A model generated the notes under the pieces. The model was not told where the DNA came from, ran no database searches, and saw only the letters and a list, made by a program, of their open reading frames with translations. From contig JAHPZI010000003.1 of NCBI GenBank assembly GCA_019058295.1, positions 1 through 45,998 on the forward strand: a DNA stretch of 45,998 bases, read 5' to 3'. The position numbers and the translations under genes are program-made. This document shows positions 17,903 to 27,773 of the stretch, piece by piece. Source of the stretch: Promethearchaeota archaeon (GTDB lineage Archaea > Asgardarchaeota > Lokiarchaeia > Sigyniarchaeales > SOKP01). Position 1 is the stretch's first letter, and each line of letters opens with the position of its first letter.

Positions 17903-20900
17903 TTATTTAGCACCTCCTTTTTTTCTTAATTTATCTTTCGCTTTACCTAAATTTGGCGATTCAATTTCTTTAATTCCTAATGTATCTTTAAGTGAGATTC
18001 CAAGTTGGCTCCATTCTTTACCAAGTTCTTTTAAAAACATTTTATTCTTTGTAGGAATAGGAATTGAAGGAACAGAACTTCTTGATTTAATTGATTTTTT
18101 TACTTTTCTAATATTTTTAACGAATTTAGGAATTCTAGCCTGTTGAATGATTCTATATCCAGCAATAGCGCCCACAATACCAATAATAGCAGCTAAAATC
18201 AAAATAAAATAGAATGTTGGCATTCCAGGGAAAATCTCTTCCATTTCAACGACAATAGTTACTTCGATTTCATCGCTATCGAAATCCACTTTCTCAATAG
18301 TTATGGTGCATGATAAAGTTTTAGATGTATAGAAAGCTTCAACATCGTCTGTATCATAGGTGTACTTATACACACCAGGCTCATCTTCATCCATGTCATA
18401 TTCTTTATTGTCTATTTCAATTGTGACATCTGCTCCTGTTAAGGGGATATTACCCCTTGTTTTATCTATTAAACTCACTTCAAATTCTATCTTTTTTCCA
18501 TGAACTACTGTAATTATCTCATCGTCTAAATTCGTTGCGTCCAAATCTGCATCGAAAATTCTAATTTTAACTACTAGATTAATTACTGCAGTCCGTAATT
18601 CGTAATTGTCCTTTTGGATAGCTAAATAAAGTAGATAATATCCAATAGATTTTTTCTCTGTATCAAAATCCAAAACATATTTTTTATCGCCCCTTTTTAT
18701 AAGTGTTCCTACGCCTTCTTGTCCGCTGATAGGATTCCCTTGTGCGTCTGTTTTTTGCCAAGTATATTCATGAACATCTAGTTCACTAATTAGATTCTTA
18801 GTTAAGTAATCTCTATATCCAAAGGTAAAGTTGTAGGGATCTTTGACCCAAACACTTTTAGAAATATAATAGAATCCAGTCTGGTTATTTATAGATGTTG
18901 GTCTCTCCAAAATTCTTAGTTCTATAAGTATATTTTGTTTGATTGTATAATTTTCTTTATAAACCGTGAGTTTAATAGATTTTAATCCTACAGATCCTGC
19001 TAAAGAAGTGTTTAATGATACTGTATAATAAGAATCATTAACTTCGTCTGCGTAAAATTGTTTATCTCCTAAATTAAGCCAATCATAAAATACTTTTGCG
19101 TCCTTTATAGCAGTTTTGGTTTCATTATCGATATACATGATTGATATGTTGATAAGTTCCCCAAAATATTGTGAAAATTCAACCCCCTCAACAAAATCAG
19201 GGTAACCATCGTGAATAGTATAATCGGTTTCTCTTGCGTTAACTATTGTATAATTTACCGCATCTGCGGGATCAACATACTCACTTTCATCTGCAGATAT
19301 TATTACCACATAACTTTTACTACTTACCCCAGCAGTTAAGAGACTTGAATCTGCGTTATATATATAATTACCTCCTCCTGTATTTGACATAGGAGCAGTG
19401 ATGTATGTTTTACTGTCTGCACCCATAGTTGAAAATTTAATCATTACATTACTACTATCGGTTATAGGATTCCAGCCGCCGACACCTATAGTAAATTCAT
19501 AATAAACTTGTACATATATAGTATCACCCCAATCCACTTCTTCTGTTATTGTCATATTAGTGAATCTCGTTTGAATTTGGGCAGCAACTACATTGGTATC
19601 TAATATTACTGTTCCATCATCATATGTCATTGTTAAATTATATGTGTTTCCTGCTGAAACAAAATAATCTTCTCCCCACTGATCATTAAGAGTTGTGTTA
19701 ACTTCGAAATCAACTAATACAGATGAGATTGTCACTGAAAGATTGTATGACCCACCAATAATATACCAAAATGGTATTAGATAATTGATTCTACCGTAGC
19801 ACCAACCATCGCTATCTAATCCTAATAATGGAATAACATAAGATGTAAGATTTATTATCGATTTTCTATTAGGGGGACCTGTTTCAACATGAACAGTTGC
19901 AACATCAATAGGATTTAATCCGCTTACAACTTGGATATTCATTCTTGCCAATGCTGTTCTATTAAACTCATTCCACGTTTCGACTAATTCAACTGTAATT
20001 GTTCCATTGCATTTTACGGTATTATTTGTTCCTTTTACTATAATTAATAATCCATAAGCATCATAATTATCAGTAGCTAAATTATCGCAATATTCAGGAG
20101 GATCCCGTATTGTTATCGATATCGTATCGCTGTTGTCTGTTGGGCCATAACTGGTATCAGTAAAAATAAGGTTCCCGTCTGTGGAATTTGTTCTATCAAC
20201 GTAATAGATAGTGACATTATCAAGAAAGTTATCCATATTTTCTAACGTTACAGTGAAATTAATTATCTTTTTATTTCCCAATTCTGTTGAAGATCCATTC
20301 GTATAGACATACTGTTCTACTAAATATTCAGGACCTGGTGTAAGATTAGTCTCATTTACTTTAAATGTCTGAGTTTTTTCAATTGCTGCTAAATAATCAG
20401 ATCTATATACATAGCTTTCATTCAGTTTAATAGGATTATCAGCATAATCTGTATTATTATAATAAATTTCATAGTAATAACTACTTACATTAAACCATCG
20501 AAAAGTTGTTGTACCTCTTGAGTCAAGGGTTCTATTTTCTAAAGAGGACCCAGTTTCACTTGTTTTTATATTAACAAAGCCATAATTTAAAGGTCTCCCT
20601 ACCCAATCAGTAATCTCAAAATCTAATGTTGACATATTCAATATAAGCACAAATTCATAGATAGATTGTTCTTCACTAATAGTATAGTTTTTCTCTCCTG
20701 GTTTTGTGCTATCATAAACTACCCCTTTTTGCCCTGTATTTAATGTATATTCTACAGTAAAATTATATGTTCCATATCCTATATTTGAGAATAAAGCAGA
20801 ACCGGTTGAGTCTGTAACTTCCGATCTTAGTATAGATGGTGTTTTTGTTATGTCGACGAGAGACACATTCGCATATGGTACAATACGTCCATATACATCT

Positions 20901-22282
20901 TTTGTTATGATATTTATTTCTGACTGAACTTCTTGTACATCATCTTGCAAATCAATATCTAATTTATAATTATATGATACATTATCAACTTGTCCAAATG
21001 CCATTTTAAATTTATCTTCAACACCATACATTCCAATTTCTAAAAATACCGGCTGACCTTGCCATGCTGCGGGAATTTCAAAAGTATTTGAGACCATTCC
21101 CGTCAATTCACCATCTGGGACTCCTGTAGGAGGATCAACAATTTCATTTCTTGTATCAACTAGTGTTGTTCCATAACCTTTTGGGTCGACAGGATCTCTT
21201 TGCATTTCTGTAAATGGGAGATTCTTATCTTCCATCTTATATTCCTGAAAATATTCAACCGAGTCAGCGCTACTTCCAGGATTATCATAATTTCTAGTAG
21301 CATTACTGATTCTAACGAAAAAAGTCATTGCAGCCTGTGGTTTTTCATTATATACTCGTATATTACGAAATAGATTAATATATAATTTTTTATCAGCATC
21401 TACTTTTGGAGTAATAAAGGGATAACTATATAATCTTCCTTCAAAGTCAAATGAATATCCTCCACCAGGAAATTTGCTATCATCGACGATTTCGTGTGAT
21501 GTCCCCCATTTATAAGTAAAATTTCCATAAACTCTCTCTTGTCCTAATGCTGTGTCAATTAAACCGTGTACAAAACTTTCAGTTCCAGAACCACTTCCAC
21601 CTGGTTTAAGATCGGTTGGAGGTTGATCAGACCATTTCCATCCAAAAAATTCTGTTTGGAAAAGGTTATCGCCAGGCGGATCTATTAACTCGAAGTCGCC
21701 GTTTCTAATCCAACTAAAAGCATCTGCGGAATCGCTCGATGATTCATTCATGAAGTAATCTGTATTTATTTCAATATCCAGGTTACCATAATATAAATAA
21801 GTATCATACTCAGTTGTGCCAGGACCACTAGCAATGGTTGTATCGAACCATACTGTAACTAATTCAGGTGCGGGATAATCTCTCAGAAAATAATACTTAC
21901 GAAGAGCGCCGCCCTCTACAATTCTAATATCCTTACAGGTTGAATTCATATATCCATCATCAACTAGTTTTGAATAGTTAAATGTTATTTTTACGGGATA
22001 ATTTTCCAACCCCGTAGGATTCTCATTTGTAATAACTATTAATTGTCTGAAGCGCCAATTAATATCCCACCAAGTATCATTACCAACAATGCTTAATTTA
22101 GGGTTATTATCAATGTCAATCGATTCAATTTCCGTGTCAATATCATTATTATTCTTATTTTTTAAATCCGCTCCAGAATCAAAATTATTCATTGGAAAAA
22201 TCATGAGAAAACTTGAGAGAAAAATCATTAATAGAATTGTCAAAGTCGTTATTTGCTTCTTAAATTTTGTATTTTTTTTCAT
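17903..22282 (-). CDS. Large membrane-anchored surface protein (DUF2341-like N-domain, beta-rich Ig-like repeats, C-terminal TM, basic cytoplasmic tail)
   Basis: N-terminal basic + hydrophobic signal; WWDINWRFRQLIVITN..NYPV..DIRIV..VWF..YLYYGN; many N-x-S/T sequons; TM FYFILILAAIIGIVGAIAGY then about 80-aa Lys-rich tail. Confidence 0.75.
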   Translation of the reverse strand: MKKNTKFKKQITTLTILLMIFLSSFLMIFPMNNFDSGADLKNKNNNDIDTEIESIDIDNNPKLSIVGNDTWWDINWRFRQLIVITNENPTGLENYPVKITFNYSKLVDDGYMNSTCKDIRIVEGGALRKYYFLRDYPAPELVTVWFDTTIASGPGTTEYDTYLYYGNLDIEINTDYFMNESSSDSADAFSWIRNGDFELIDPPGDNLFQTEFFGWKWSDQPPTDLKPGGSGSGTESFVHGLIDTALGQERVYGNFTYKWGTSHEIVDDSKFPGGGYSFDFEGRLYSYPFITPKVDADKKLYINLFRNIRVYNEKPQAAMTFFVRISNATRNYDNPGSSADSVEYFQEYKMEDKNLPFTEMQRDPVDPKGYGTTLVDTRNEIVDPPTGVPDGELTGMVSNTFEIPAAWQGQPVFLEIGMYGVEDKFKMAFGQVDNVSYNYKLDIDLQDDVQEVQSEINIITKDVYGRIVPYANVSLVDITKTPSILRSEVTDSTGSALFSNIGYGTYNFTVEYTLNTGQKGVVYDSTKPGEKNYTISEEQSIYEFVLILNMSTLDFEITDWVGRPLNYGFVNIKTSETGSSLENRTLDSRGTTTFRWFNVSSYYYEIYYNNTDYADNPIKLNESYVYRSDYLAAIEKTQTFKVNETNLTPGPEYLVEQYVYTNGSSTELGNKKIINFTVTLENMDNFLDNVTIYYVDRTNSTDGNLIFTDTSYGPTDNSDTISITIRDPPEYCDNLATDNYDAYGLLIIVKGTNNTVKCNGTITVELVETWNEFNRTALARMNIQVVSGLNPIDVATVHVETGPPNRKSIINLTSYVIPLLGLDSDGWCYGRINYLIPFWYIIGGSYNLSVTISSVLVDFEVNTTLNDQWGEDYFVSAGNTYNLTMTYDDGTVILDTNVVAAQIQTRFTNMTITEEVDWGDTIYVQVYYEFTIGVGGWNPITDSSNVMIKFSTMGADSKTYITAPMSNTGGGNYIYNADSSLLTAGVSSKSYVVIISADESEYVDPADAVNYTIVNARETDYTIHDGYPDFVEGVEFSQYFGELINISIMYIDNETKTAIKDAKVFYDWLNLGDKQFYADEVNDSYYTVSLNTSLAGSVGLKSIKLTVYKENYTIKQNILIELRILERPTSINNQTGFYYISKSVWVKDPYNFTFGYRDYLTKNLISELDVHEYTWQKTDAQGNPISGQEGVGTLIKRGDKKYVLDFDTEKKSIGYYLLYLAIQKDNYELRTAVINLVVKIRIFDADLDATNLDDEIITVVHGKKIEFEVSLIDKTRGNIPLTGADVTIEIDNKEYDMDEDEPGVYKYTYDTDDVEAFYTSKTLSCTITIEKVDFDSDEIEVTIVVEMEEIFPGMPTFYFILILAAIIGIVGAIAGYRIIQQARIPKFVKNIRKVKKSIKSRSSVPSIPIPTKNKMFLKELGKEWSQLGISLKDTLGIKEIESPNLGKAKDKLRKKGGAK

Positions 22283-22510
22283 TTTCTCTAACCATTTATA
22301 ATAAATAAGAGTTCAATTTTTCTTTAGATTTTAAAAAGGTTTATATTAGTTATAATAGTAAAAAAGTATGTATTTAAATCCTATCTAAATTAAAAAGCTT
22401 CATTTAATTTTACTTTCAATAACCATATAAAATAATTCATTTTTTAAGCGATTTGGGTTGACTATTTGCGTTTTAGTTTTATTAGAGTTTTTTCAAAAAG
22501 ATTTTTCATT

Positions 22511-23770
22511 TTAGCTAGCTTTTTTTCCTCTACGAAATAATCTTCTTTTAGTTTTCTTTTTTTCAATAGGGATTTGAAGACCTTGCGGTGTTTCAATTGT
22601 GTCAATGGAGTCAAATGTTGTTGAAGTTTTCAATTTTTCGTGTGATACTGGTAGTGGCTCATTTTTTTTTAAAATTTCGGGTGCAAAAGGTACTTCTGAA
22701 ATTTCGGATACTTGCGTTGGTGGAAAGGAATTCCCACTCAATTCTATTCTTAAATTTTGAGCTTTCTCATAATATTCCTTTGATAGCGAATCATCGCCTA
22801 TTTCAAGGCAAATATTAGCAATTTTTTCAAAATAAGATAATGCATTATCATAATTGCCCCGTTCATAGGCATTCTGAGCATCTATAATCAGAAGATCTCT
22901 CTCATAAATAGGGCTTAATAAAGGTGAATCATCAATACTTATCTCGAGAATCTCTGAAATAATTCGAATCATTTTTTCTCGATTTTTCGGGTCAATTGCT
23001 ACCATATCATAAGCTTTTAATCCAAGAATTTTTTCCAATTCTTCAGGTTTTAAGGCACCAGGCAAATCTTGTTTATTTGCTATGATTGCTGAATTTGCAT
23101 AAGGGGCTTCCTCATGTATTAGTTCAATAAAAAACTTACTTTTTTCTGCATTTTCTAAAGTTGAATCTGAAATTAAAAGGGCAGCATCCGAACCTTCAAT
23201 AAATTTATTCCATAAGTAGCTGAATTGTTCTTGACCAGCAAAATCCCATAAAATAAACTGTAATTTTCCTATTTTAATTATTGACCTCTTCCCTGTAATT
23301 GTTGGACGATGTACAGTCGGAATCTCTTCTTCTCTAATTAATTTGGAAATTGTCGTTTTTCCTACTCCAGAAAAACCAATTAGAGATATTTTAGGTCTCA
23401 GATTTATAAAAATTTTATCAATAATAGGATTTAATAACTCTAATAATGAAGTTTCTATAGTATTTGTAAGTACTTCGCCAAATATACTTAAAAAGTCATT
23501 TCTTAATTCTTTTAACTCAATTTCAATATCTTCAGGTTCATCACTCAACCCTGATATAAAAATAAAAAATAAATCTAAATCTCTTTCAAATATATATGAT
23601 AGTCTATTTTGAAACGATATATAATTACCATAATTTTTTGTTAGATCTAAATTTGCCTCCTTTTTTAGTTTCATTAAAAGAAGTTTAAGTTCCTCTTCAC
23701 CCATGGCTCTTCCAAATTCTCTACAATATATTATCTCATCATCTTTAGTTATAAGGACTTTTTGTAGCAT
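22511..23770 (-). CDS. Arf-like small GTPase with N-terminal longin-like domain and C-terminal helical hairpin/low-complexity tail
   Basis: G1 GFSGVGKTT, G2 PTI, G3 WDFAGQ, G4 ANKQDLPGA; about 125-aa N-terminal alpha/beta domain; TPR-like AQNAYERGNYDNALSYFEK; AGGAG RBS. Confidence 0.8.
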   Translation of the reverse strand: MLQKVLITKDDEIIYCREFGRAMGEEELKLLLMKLKKEANLDLTKNYGNYISFQNRLSYIFERDLDLFFIFISGLSDEPEDIEIELKELRNDFLSIFGEVLTNTIETSLLELLNPIIDKIFINLRPKISLIGFSGVGKTTISKLIREEEIPTVHRPTITGKRSIIKIGKLQFILWDFAGQEQFSYLWNKFIEGSDAALLISDSTLENAEKSKFFIELIHEEAPYANSAIIANKQDLPGALKPEELEKILGLKAYDMVAIDPKNREKMIRIISEILEISIDDSPLLSPIYERDLLIIDAQNAYERGNYDNALSYFEKIANICLEIGDDSLSKEYYEKAQNLRIELSGNSFPPTQVSEISEVPFAPEILKKNEPLPVSHEKLKTSTTFDSIDTIETPQGLQIPIEKKKTKRRLFRRGKKAS

Positions 23771-24226
23771 CTTTTTTATCTCCTTACGATTTTCTTATTT
23801 CTTACGAATTATTTTAATTTTTAACCATGTTAAAGAGCAATTTTAAATCTTTTGAAGTTATTAAAAGTTAAACTAAAAATCTAAACTATCTTCTGATAAA
23901 TTCTCTAATATATCCATCTTAATTTTTATATTTAAACTTATTTTTATCATAAAATAGCATAGATTCGGTTAAATATTATTAAAATTGAGATGTTAATGAA
24001 GTAAAACGGTAATTAATGGAATAAATTGATTTTTGAATTTAATAAAATCTTTTCAAATGATATTCATAGATTATAATTCTAAAGATTAAAGGCTTGAATT
24101 TGTTTTTTTAATTCTTCTTTGGACATTTTCTGCATTATCTTATCTATTTTAAATCTGCATAAATCTTCCTTTATTTCCTTATATGAATTAGTAATAATGA
24201 TTTGGATAATAATGCTGATAAAATAT

Positions 24227-25408
24227 TTATTGAAAGGGAATATCATCATCAGCATTAACAGCAGATCTTACATAAGGAGAGATTGGCCCTTTTCCTAAGA
24301 CCATAATTCTTATTTTAGTATCCAAATTAGGATCCATATTAGCACCAAACTTAATTTTTGCGTTCTGAGGAACTTCATTTGAGATAGTTGATACTATTTT
24401 ATCGACATTTGATAATGATAATTTATGGTCGCTTGAAACGGATATTAAGCAACGATCGACGTCATTTGTATTTGGTTTTAAAAGAGGGTTATGTATAGCT
24501 AATTTTGACTTTTGAATGATATCATGTTCATTTCCTAGTGTTTCAGTGATTCCAATTAGACCAGAAGGATAATTTCCAGTTCTTTCGAGAATTTTTCTTA
24601 CATCAGCAAAATCGATGTTAATTAATCCACAGTTATTCATAAGATTTACAATTTCCCTTATGCTTCTAACTAAGACTTCGTCCATAACTTTAAAGCATGT
24701 TAAAATAGGTGCTTTGGGTATCAGTTGTAATAGATTATCATTAGGTATTGGAATAATGGAATCGGAATATTTAGCAAGTTTTTTGAGTCCTAATTTCGCC
24801 CTTAATCTTCTTTGGTTTCCTTCACTTCTAAAGGGAATTGAACAAAAACTTACCACCAAGGAATTGTTTTTTTTTGCTTCTCTCGCAATAATGGGTGCCG
24901 CTCCAGTTCCCGTACCACCGCCCAATCCACATGTTAAAAATACAACATCAGCCTTTAGAATCTTATTTAGCCTATCAGTATCCTCTTCAGCAGCTTTTGA
25001 ACCAATAAGAGGATTATTTCCCGAACCTGTACCATTGCATTGATCCTTACCAATTAATAATTTTTTTTTCGCATTAGAATAATATAAATCGTGAGCATCT
25101 GTATTTACATTCAAAGTTTCAGTACCAACTAAACCCATTTCTTGTAATCTCGAAACAGTATTATTTCCTGCTCCACCAACACCGACAACAAGCGTCTTGA
25201 TTTTTAAAACTTTTAATAAATCCGATAAATAATCGTCATTATCATAAATATGAGTCGAAGTTGCATTTCTCTGTAGATTAGAGAGCTGTTTAAATCTTGA
25301 GTTAATTGCTGTTTCAGATCTTGAAAAATTGGGCAATTGTAATCCTTCTTTTAATCGAAATTCCTTCAAATTTGTCATCTCCGATATTATTTTATAATCA
25401 TAATACAT
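24227..25408 (-). CDS. ftsZ: Cell division protein FtsZ
   Basis: VVGVGGAGNN, NTDA, GLGGGTGTGAAP, PFRSEG, T7 loop GLINIDFADV; exact start uncertain. Confidence 0.92.
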   Translation of the reverse strand: MYYDYKIISEMTNLKEFRLKEGLQLPNFSRSETAINSRFKQLSNLQRNATSTHIYDNDDYLSDLLKVLKIKTLVVGVGGAGNNTVSRLQEMGLVGTETLNVNTDAHDLYYSNAKKKLLIGKDQCNGTGSGNNPLIGSKAAEEDTDRLNKILKADVVFLTCGLGGGTGTGAAPIIAREAKKNNSLVVSFCSIPFRSEGNQRRLRAKLGLKKLAKYSDSIIPIPNDNLLQLIPKAPILTCFKVMDEVLVRSIREIVNLMNNCGLINIDFADVRKILERTGNYPSGLIGITETLGNEHDIIQKSKLAIHNPLLKPNTNDVDRCLISVSSDHKLSLSNVDKIVSTISNEVPQNAKIKFGANMDPNLDTKIRIMVLGKGPISPYVRSAVNADDDIPFQ

Positions 25409-25581
25409 AAATTATATCAGAATAATATTTGATTGTAATATGTAAATAATATGCTTAAAGATCTTAATTTTTAATTTTTGAGTATTCTCTTTGATGGTGA
25501 GAAATAAAAGATAAGTATATTGCACATAGATTTATAAACAAAAATTATTTCTATTATATTAGAAAGTGAAGGGTTGCTATT

Positions 25582-25821
25582 TTGGAAATTGATTATAATA
25601 ATAATAATGGAAATGACATAGAATCTACAAATAAATTGGCTTCTGACCTAATCAAGGTTAGAGCCACTCTGAGTTGTCCTAGTTGTTCTTATAAAAAATC
25701 GTTCAAAAATCAATTTCGTCTAAAAAATATAGAGCATATGATAGTTTCATTGAAATGTTTTGACTATATGACATGTAGCTGTGGAGAGCTTCTTAGTTTA
25801 AATTTAGATTTTGAAATTTAA
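25582..25821 (+). CDS. Small Cys-rich (zinc-ribbon-like) hypothetical protein
   Basis: CPSC...CSCG pairs; divergent from ftsZ; TTG start. Confidence 0.55.
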   Translation: MEIDYNNNNGNDIESTNKLASDLIKVRATLSCPSCSYKKSFKNQFRLKNIEHMIVSLKCFDYMTCSCGELLSLNLDFEI

Positions 25822-25838
25822 CAATAATTACTAATTCT

Positions 25839-27149
25839 TTATAAATCGATTTTTATTTGTCCATATATTCCTCCTCCACCAGGAGTGTAATCTATCTCAT
25901 TATTTCTAAAGGCTTTTATTACAGAAGCAAGCTTTTTATCGAAATTTTCGATTTGATTTATTGGTGTATCAATTAATATTTCAAATTCAGGAGCAAGTTC
26001 TTTTATAATTTTATCGTAGAAATTTAAAACTGTTTTACTACTTGTACTTTTTATACCCCTTACTGAACGAATGATATCGATTAAAGGTATAGCATTAATA
26101 TACGGTGGTCTATGATCAGGATGTTGAGGCTTAACGTAAGTAGAGATGACATCAATTCTTTCGCTCACCCCTAATTTAATTTTAAAATTTTTTTTTAATT
26201 TTTCTTGACAAGCCGGACATATCATTTTATCTTTTGCTGTTTGGTCAATATAATTTTCTTTAGCTTTAACAGGATCATTAGTGTAAAATATGATAAAATT
26301 TTCTGAAATAGAATACTGACTAAAAATTGTATCTATTTTTTTTTTCGCTTTTTTAAATAATACCCTTCTTCTACATTTATAACAGAACATATTATAATAT
26401 TTTCCAAGCATAGGAGAAAGCCCGAAATTGAGTGTAATTTTTCTATTATTCTTACGTTCTAATGCTAATTGAATTTCTTCAAAAGAAGGACAATCAATAT
26501 CGAATTTATTAAATTCTCGACCTAGTGAGCGAGGATCCTGAGAATGAGCATCACTATTACTTAGGAAAGTCACATCTTTTAGACAAGATAACCTATCTGC
26601 TAAATCTGTATTAGCAGAAAGACCTAACTCGATAAAGCTAATTTTTTTTATCGCATCTTGGTAGCATTCTTTAAGAGTTTTGAATTTATTTTGACGGAAG
26701 ATTGCTTTAAAGGGGGTGAAAGCATGAGCAGGACCAATTAATCCTCCCGAATCAGCCACTATATCAACTAATTCTGCAGGGGATAAATTAACTCTAGGGC
26801 GTCCGCCCCATTCATCTAAGATATTTTTTGAATGGGGATTTAATTTTTTTTGAATTTCCCTAACCGAGTCAAAATCAGGGAAAAAAACAACTTGATGTAT
26901 GCTTTCTTGATCTTCTATTTCAGTTTGTAGAATAAAATAAATATCTTTATACTTAAAAGCGCCATCTTTATCTTTATCAAGATTACTTTCCATATATTTA
27001 AGCCATTCTGGCTGTAAAATGTCACCAGTACCCAAAATATGTAACCCTTTCTTATTACATGTTTGAACCATCGTATCAAGATTTAAACTTTTTGAGACAG
27101 CAATAGAATGAGGTGAATGAATGTGGAGATCACTATTATAAATATCCAT
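25839..27149 (-). CDS. Endonuclease Q family (PHP-domain phosphoesterase with Zn finger)
   Basis: DLHIHS, LGTGD, GPAHAFTP, ELGLSA, LSNSDAHS, LGREFN, GKYY..CxxC..CPAC, GGGGIYG. Confidence 0.88.
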   Translation of the reverse strand: MDIYNSDLHIHSPHSIAVSKSLNLDTMVQTCNKKGLHILGTGDILQPEWLKYMESNLDKDKDGAFKYKDIYFILQTEIEDQESIHQVVFFPDFDSVREIQKKLNPHSKNILDEWGGRPRVNLSPAELVDIVADSGGLIGPAHAFTPFKAIFRQNKFKTLKECYQDAIKKISFIELGLSANTDLADRLSCLKDVTFLSNSDAHSQDPRSLGREFNKFDIDCPSFEEIQLALERKNNRKITLNFGLSPMLGKYYNMFCYKCRRRVLFKKAKKKIDTIFSQYSISENFIIFYTNDPVKAKENYIDQTAKDKMICPACQEKLKKNFKIKLGVSERIDVISTYVKPQHPDHRPPYINAIPLIDIIRSVRGIKSTSSKTVLNFYDKIIKELAPEFEILIDTPINQIENFDKKLASVIKAFRNNEIDYTPGGGGIYGQIKIDL

Positions 27150-27242
27150 TGAAATTATAAGAGAATGATTAATTAAAAAGTTTGATTCAAATTTTATTAA
27201 TTATTTAAGAATTTTTAAGTTCTTAAATAAGGGCATATGACA

Positions 27243-27719
27243 TTATTTTTTTCTACGTCTTTTTACAGTCATTTGAAATTCAATTGATAACCCAAACGCT
27301 TCTTCTGTATCAAAGTAGACAAATTTTTGCTTTCCAATTTGACCAGATTGACTAATCTCAAATCCCTTTTTTTTAAAATCTTTTACATAAGGATCTATAT
27401 CATCAACAAAAAGACTAATATGCTGAAGCCCTTCCCTACCTTTATCAAGGAATTCTGTATGAGCACTTTGACCTGTTAAGGGTTGAATAAGCTCAATTTG
27501 AGTACCCAACCACCTACTTATTCCAATTCTCGCAGAATATTCTAATTCCTTCCCTCTATAAATGATTGTATTGGTTCCCTCTAAAATTGCAAAGGGAGGA
27601 ATTCCAAAAGTCTCTTCCATTATTTTAGCTTGCTTCTCAATATCTTTATAAACATAACCTAATTGATCAATCTTCATATTTTTTAAATCTATTTCGATAT
27701 TTTCACCCATTATAATCAT
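27243..27719 (-). CDS. VOC family protein (methylmalonyl-CoA epimerase-like)
   Basis: IDQLGYV.KDIEK, QIELIQP..G.S.H.EFL..G.EGLQHI. Confidence 0.8.
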   Translation of the reverse strand: MIIMGENIEIDLKNMKIDQLGYVYKDIEKQAKIMEETFGIPPFAILEGTNTIIYRGKELEYSARIGISRWLGTQIELIQPLTGQSAHTEFLDKGREGLQHISLFVDDIDPYVKDFKKKGFEISQSGQIGKQKFVYFDTEEAFGLSIEFQMTVKRRRKK

Positions 27720-27773
27720 CTTTTTAATATTTTGATTATCAGTAATTAATTATTAAAATTTAAAAAATTTTAA

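Noticed and set aside
24079-24225. Protein-like open frame on - after ftsZ (...KIMQKMSKEELKKQIQAFNL*)
   Set aside because: Very short from any plausible start, no clear RBS or motif; cannot be supported
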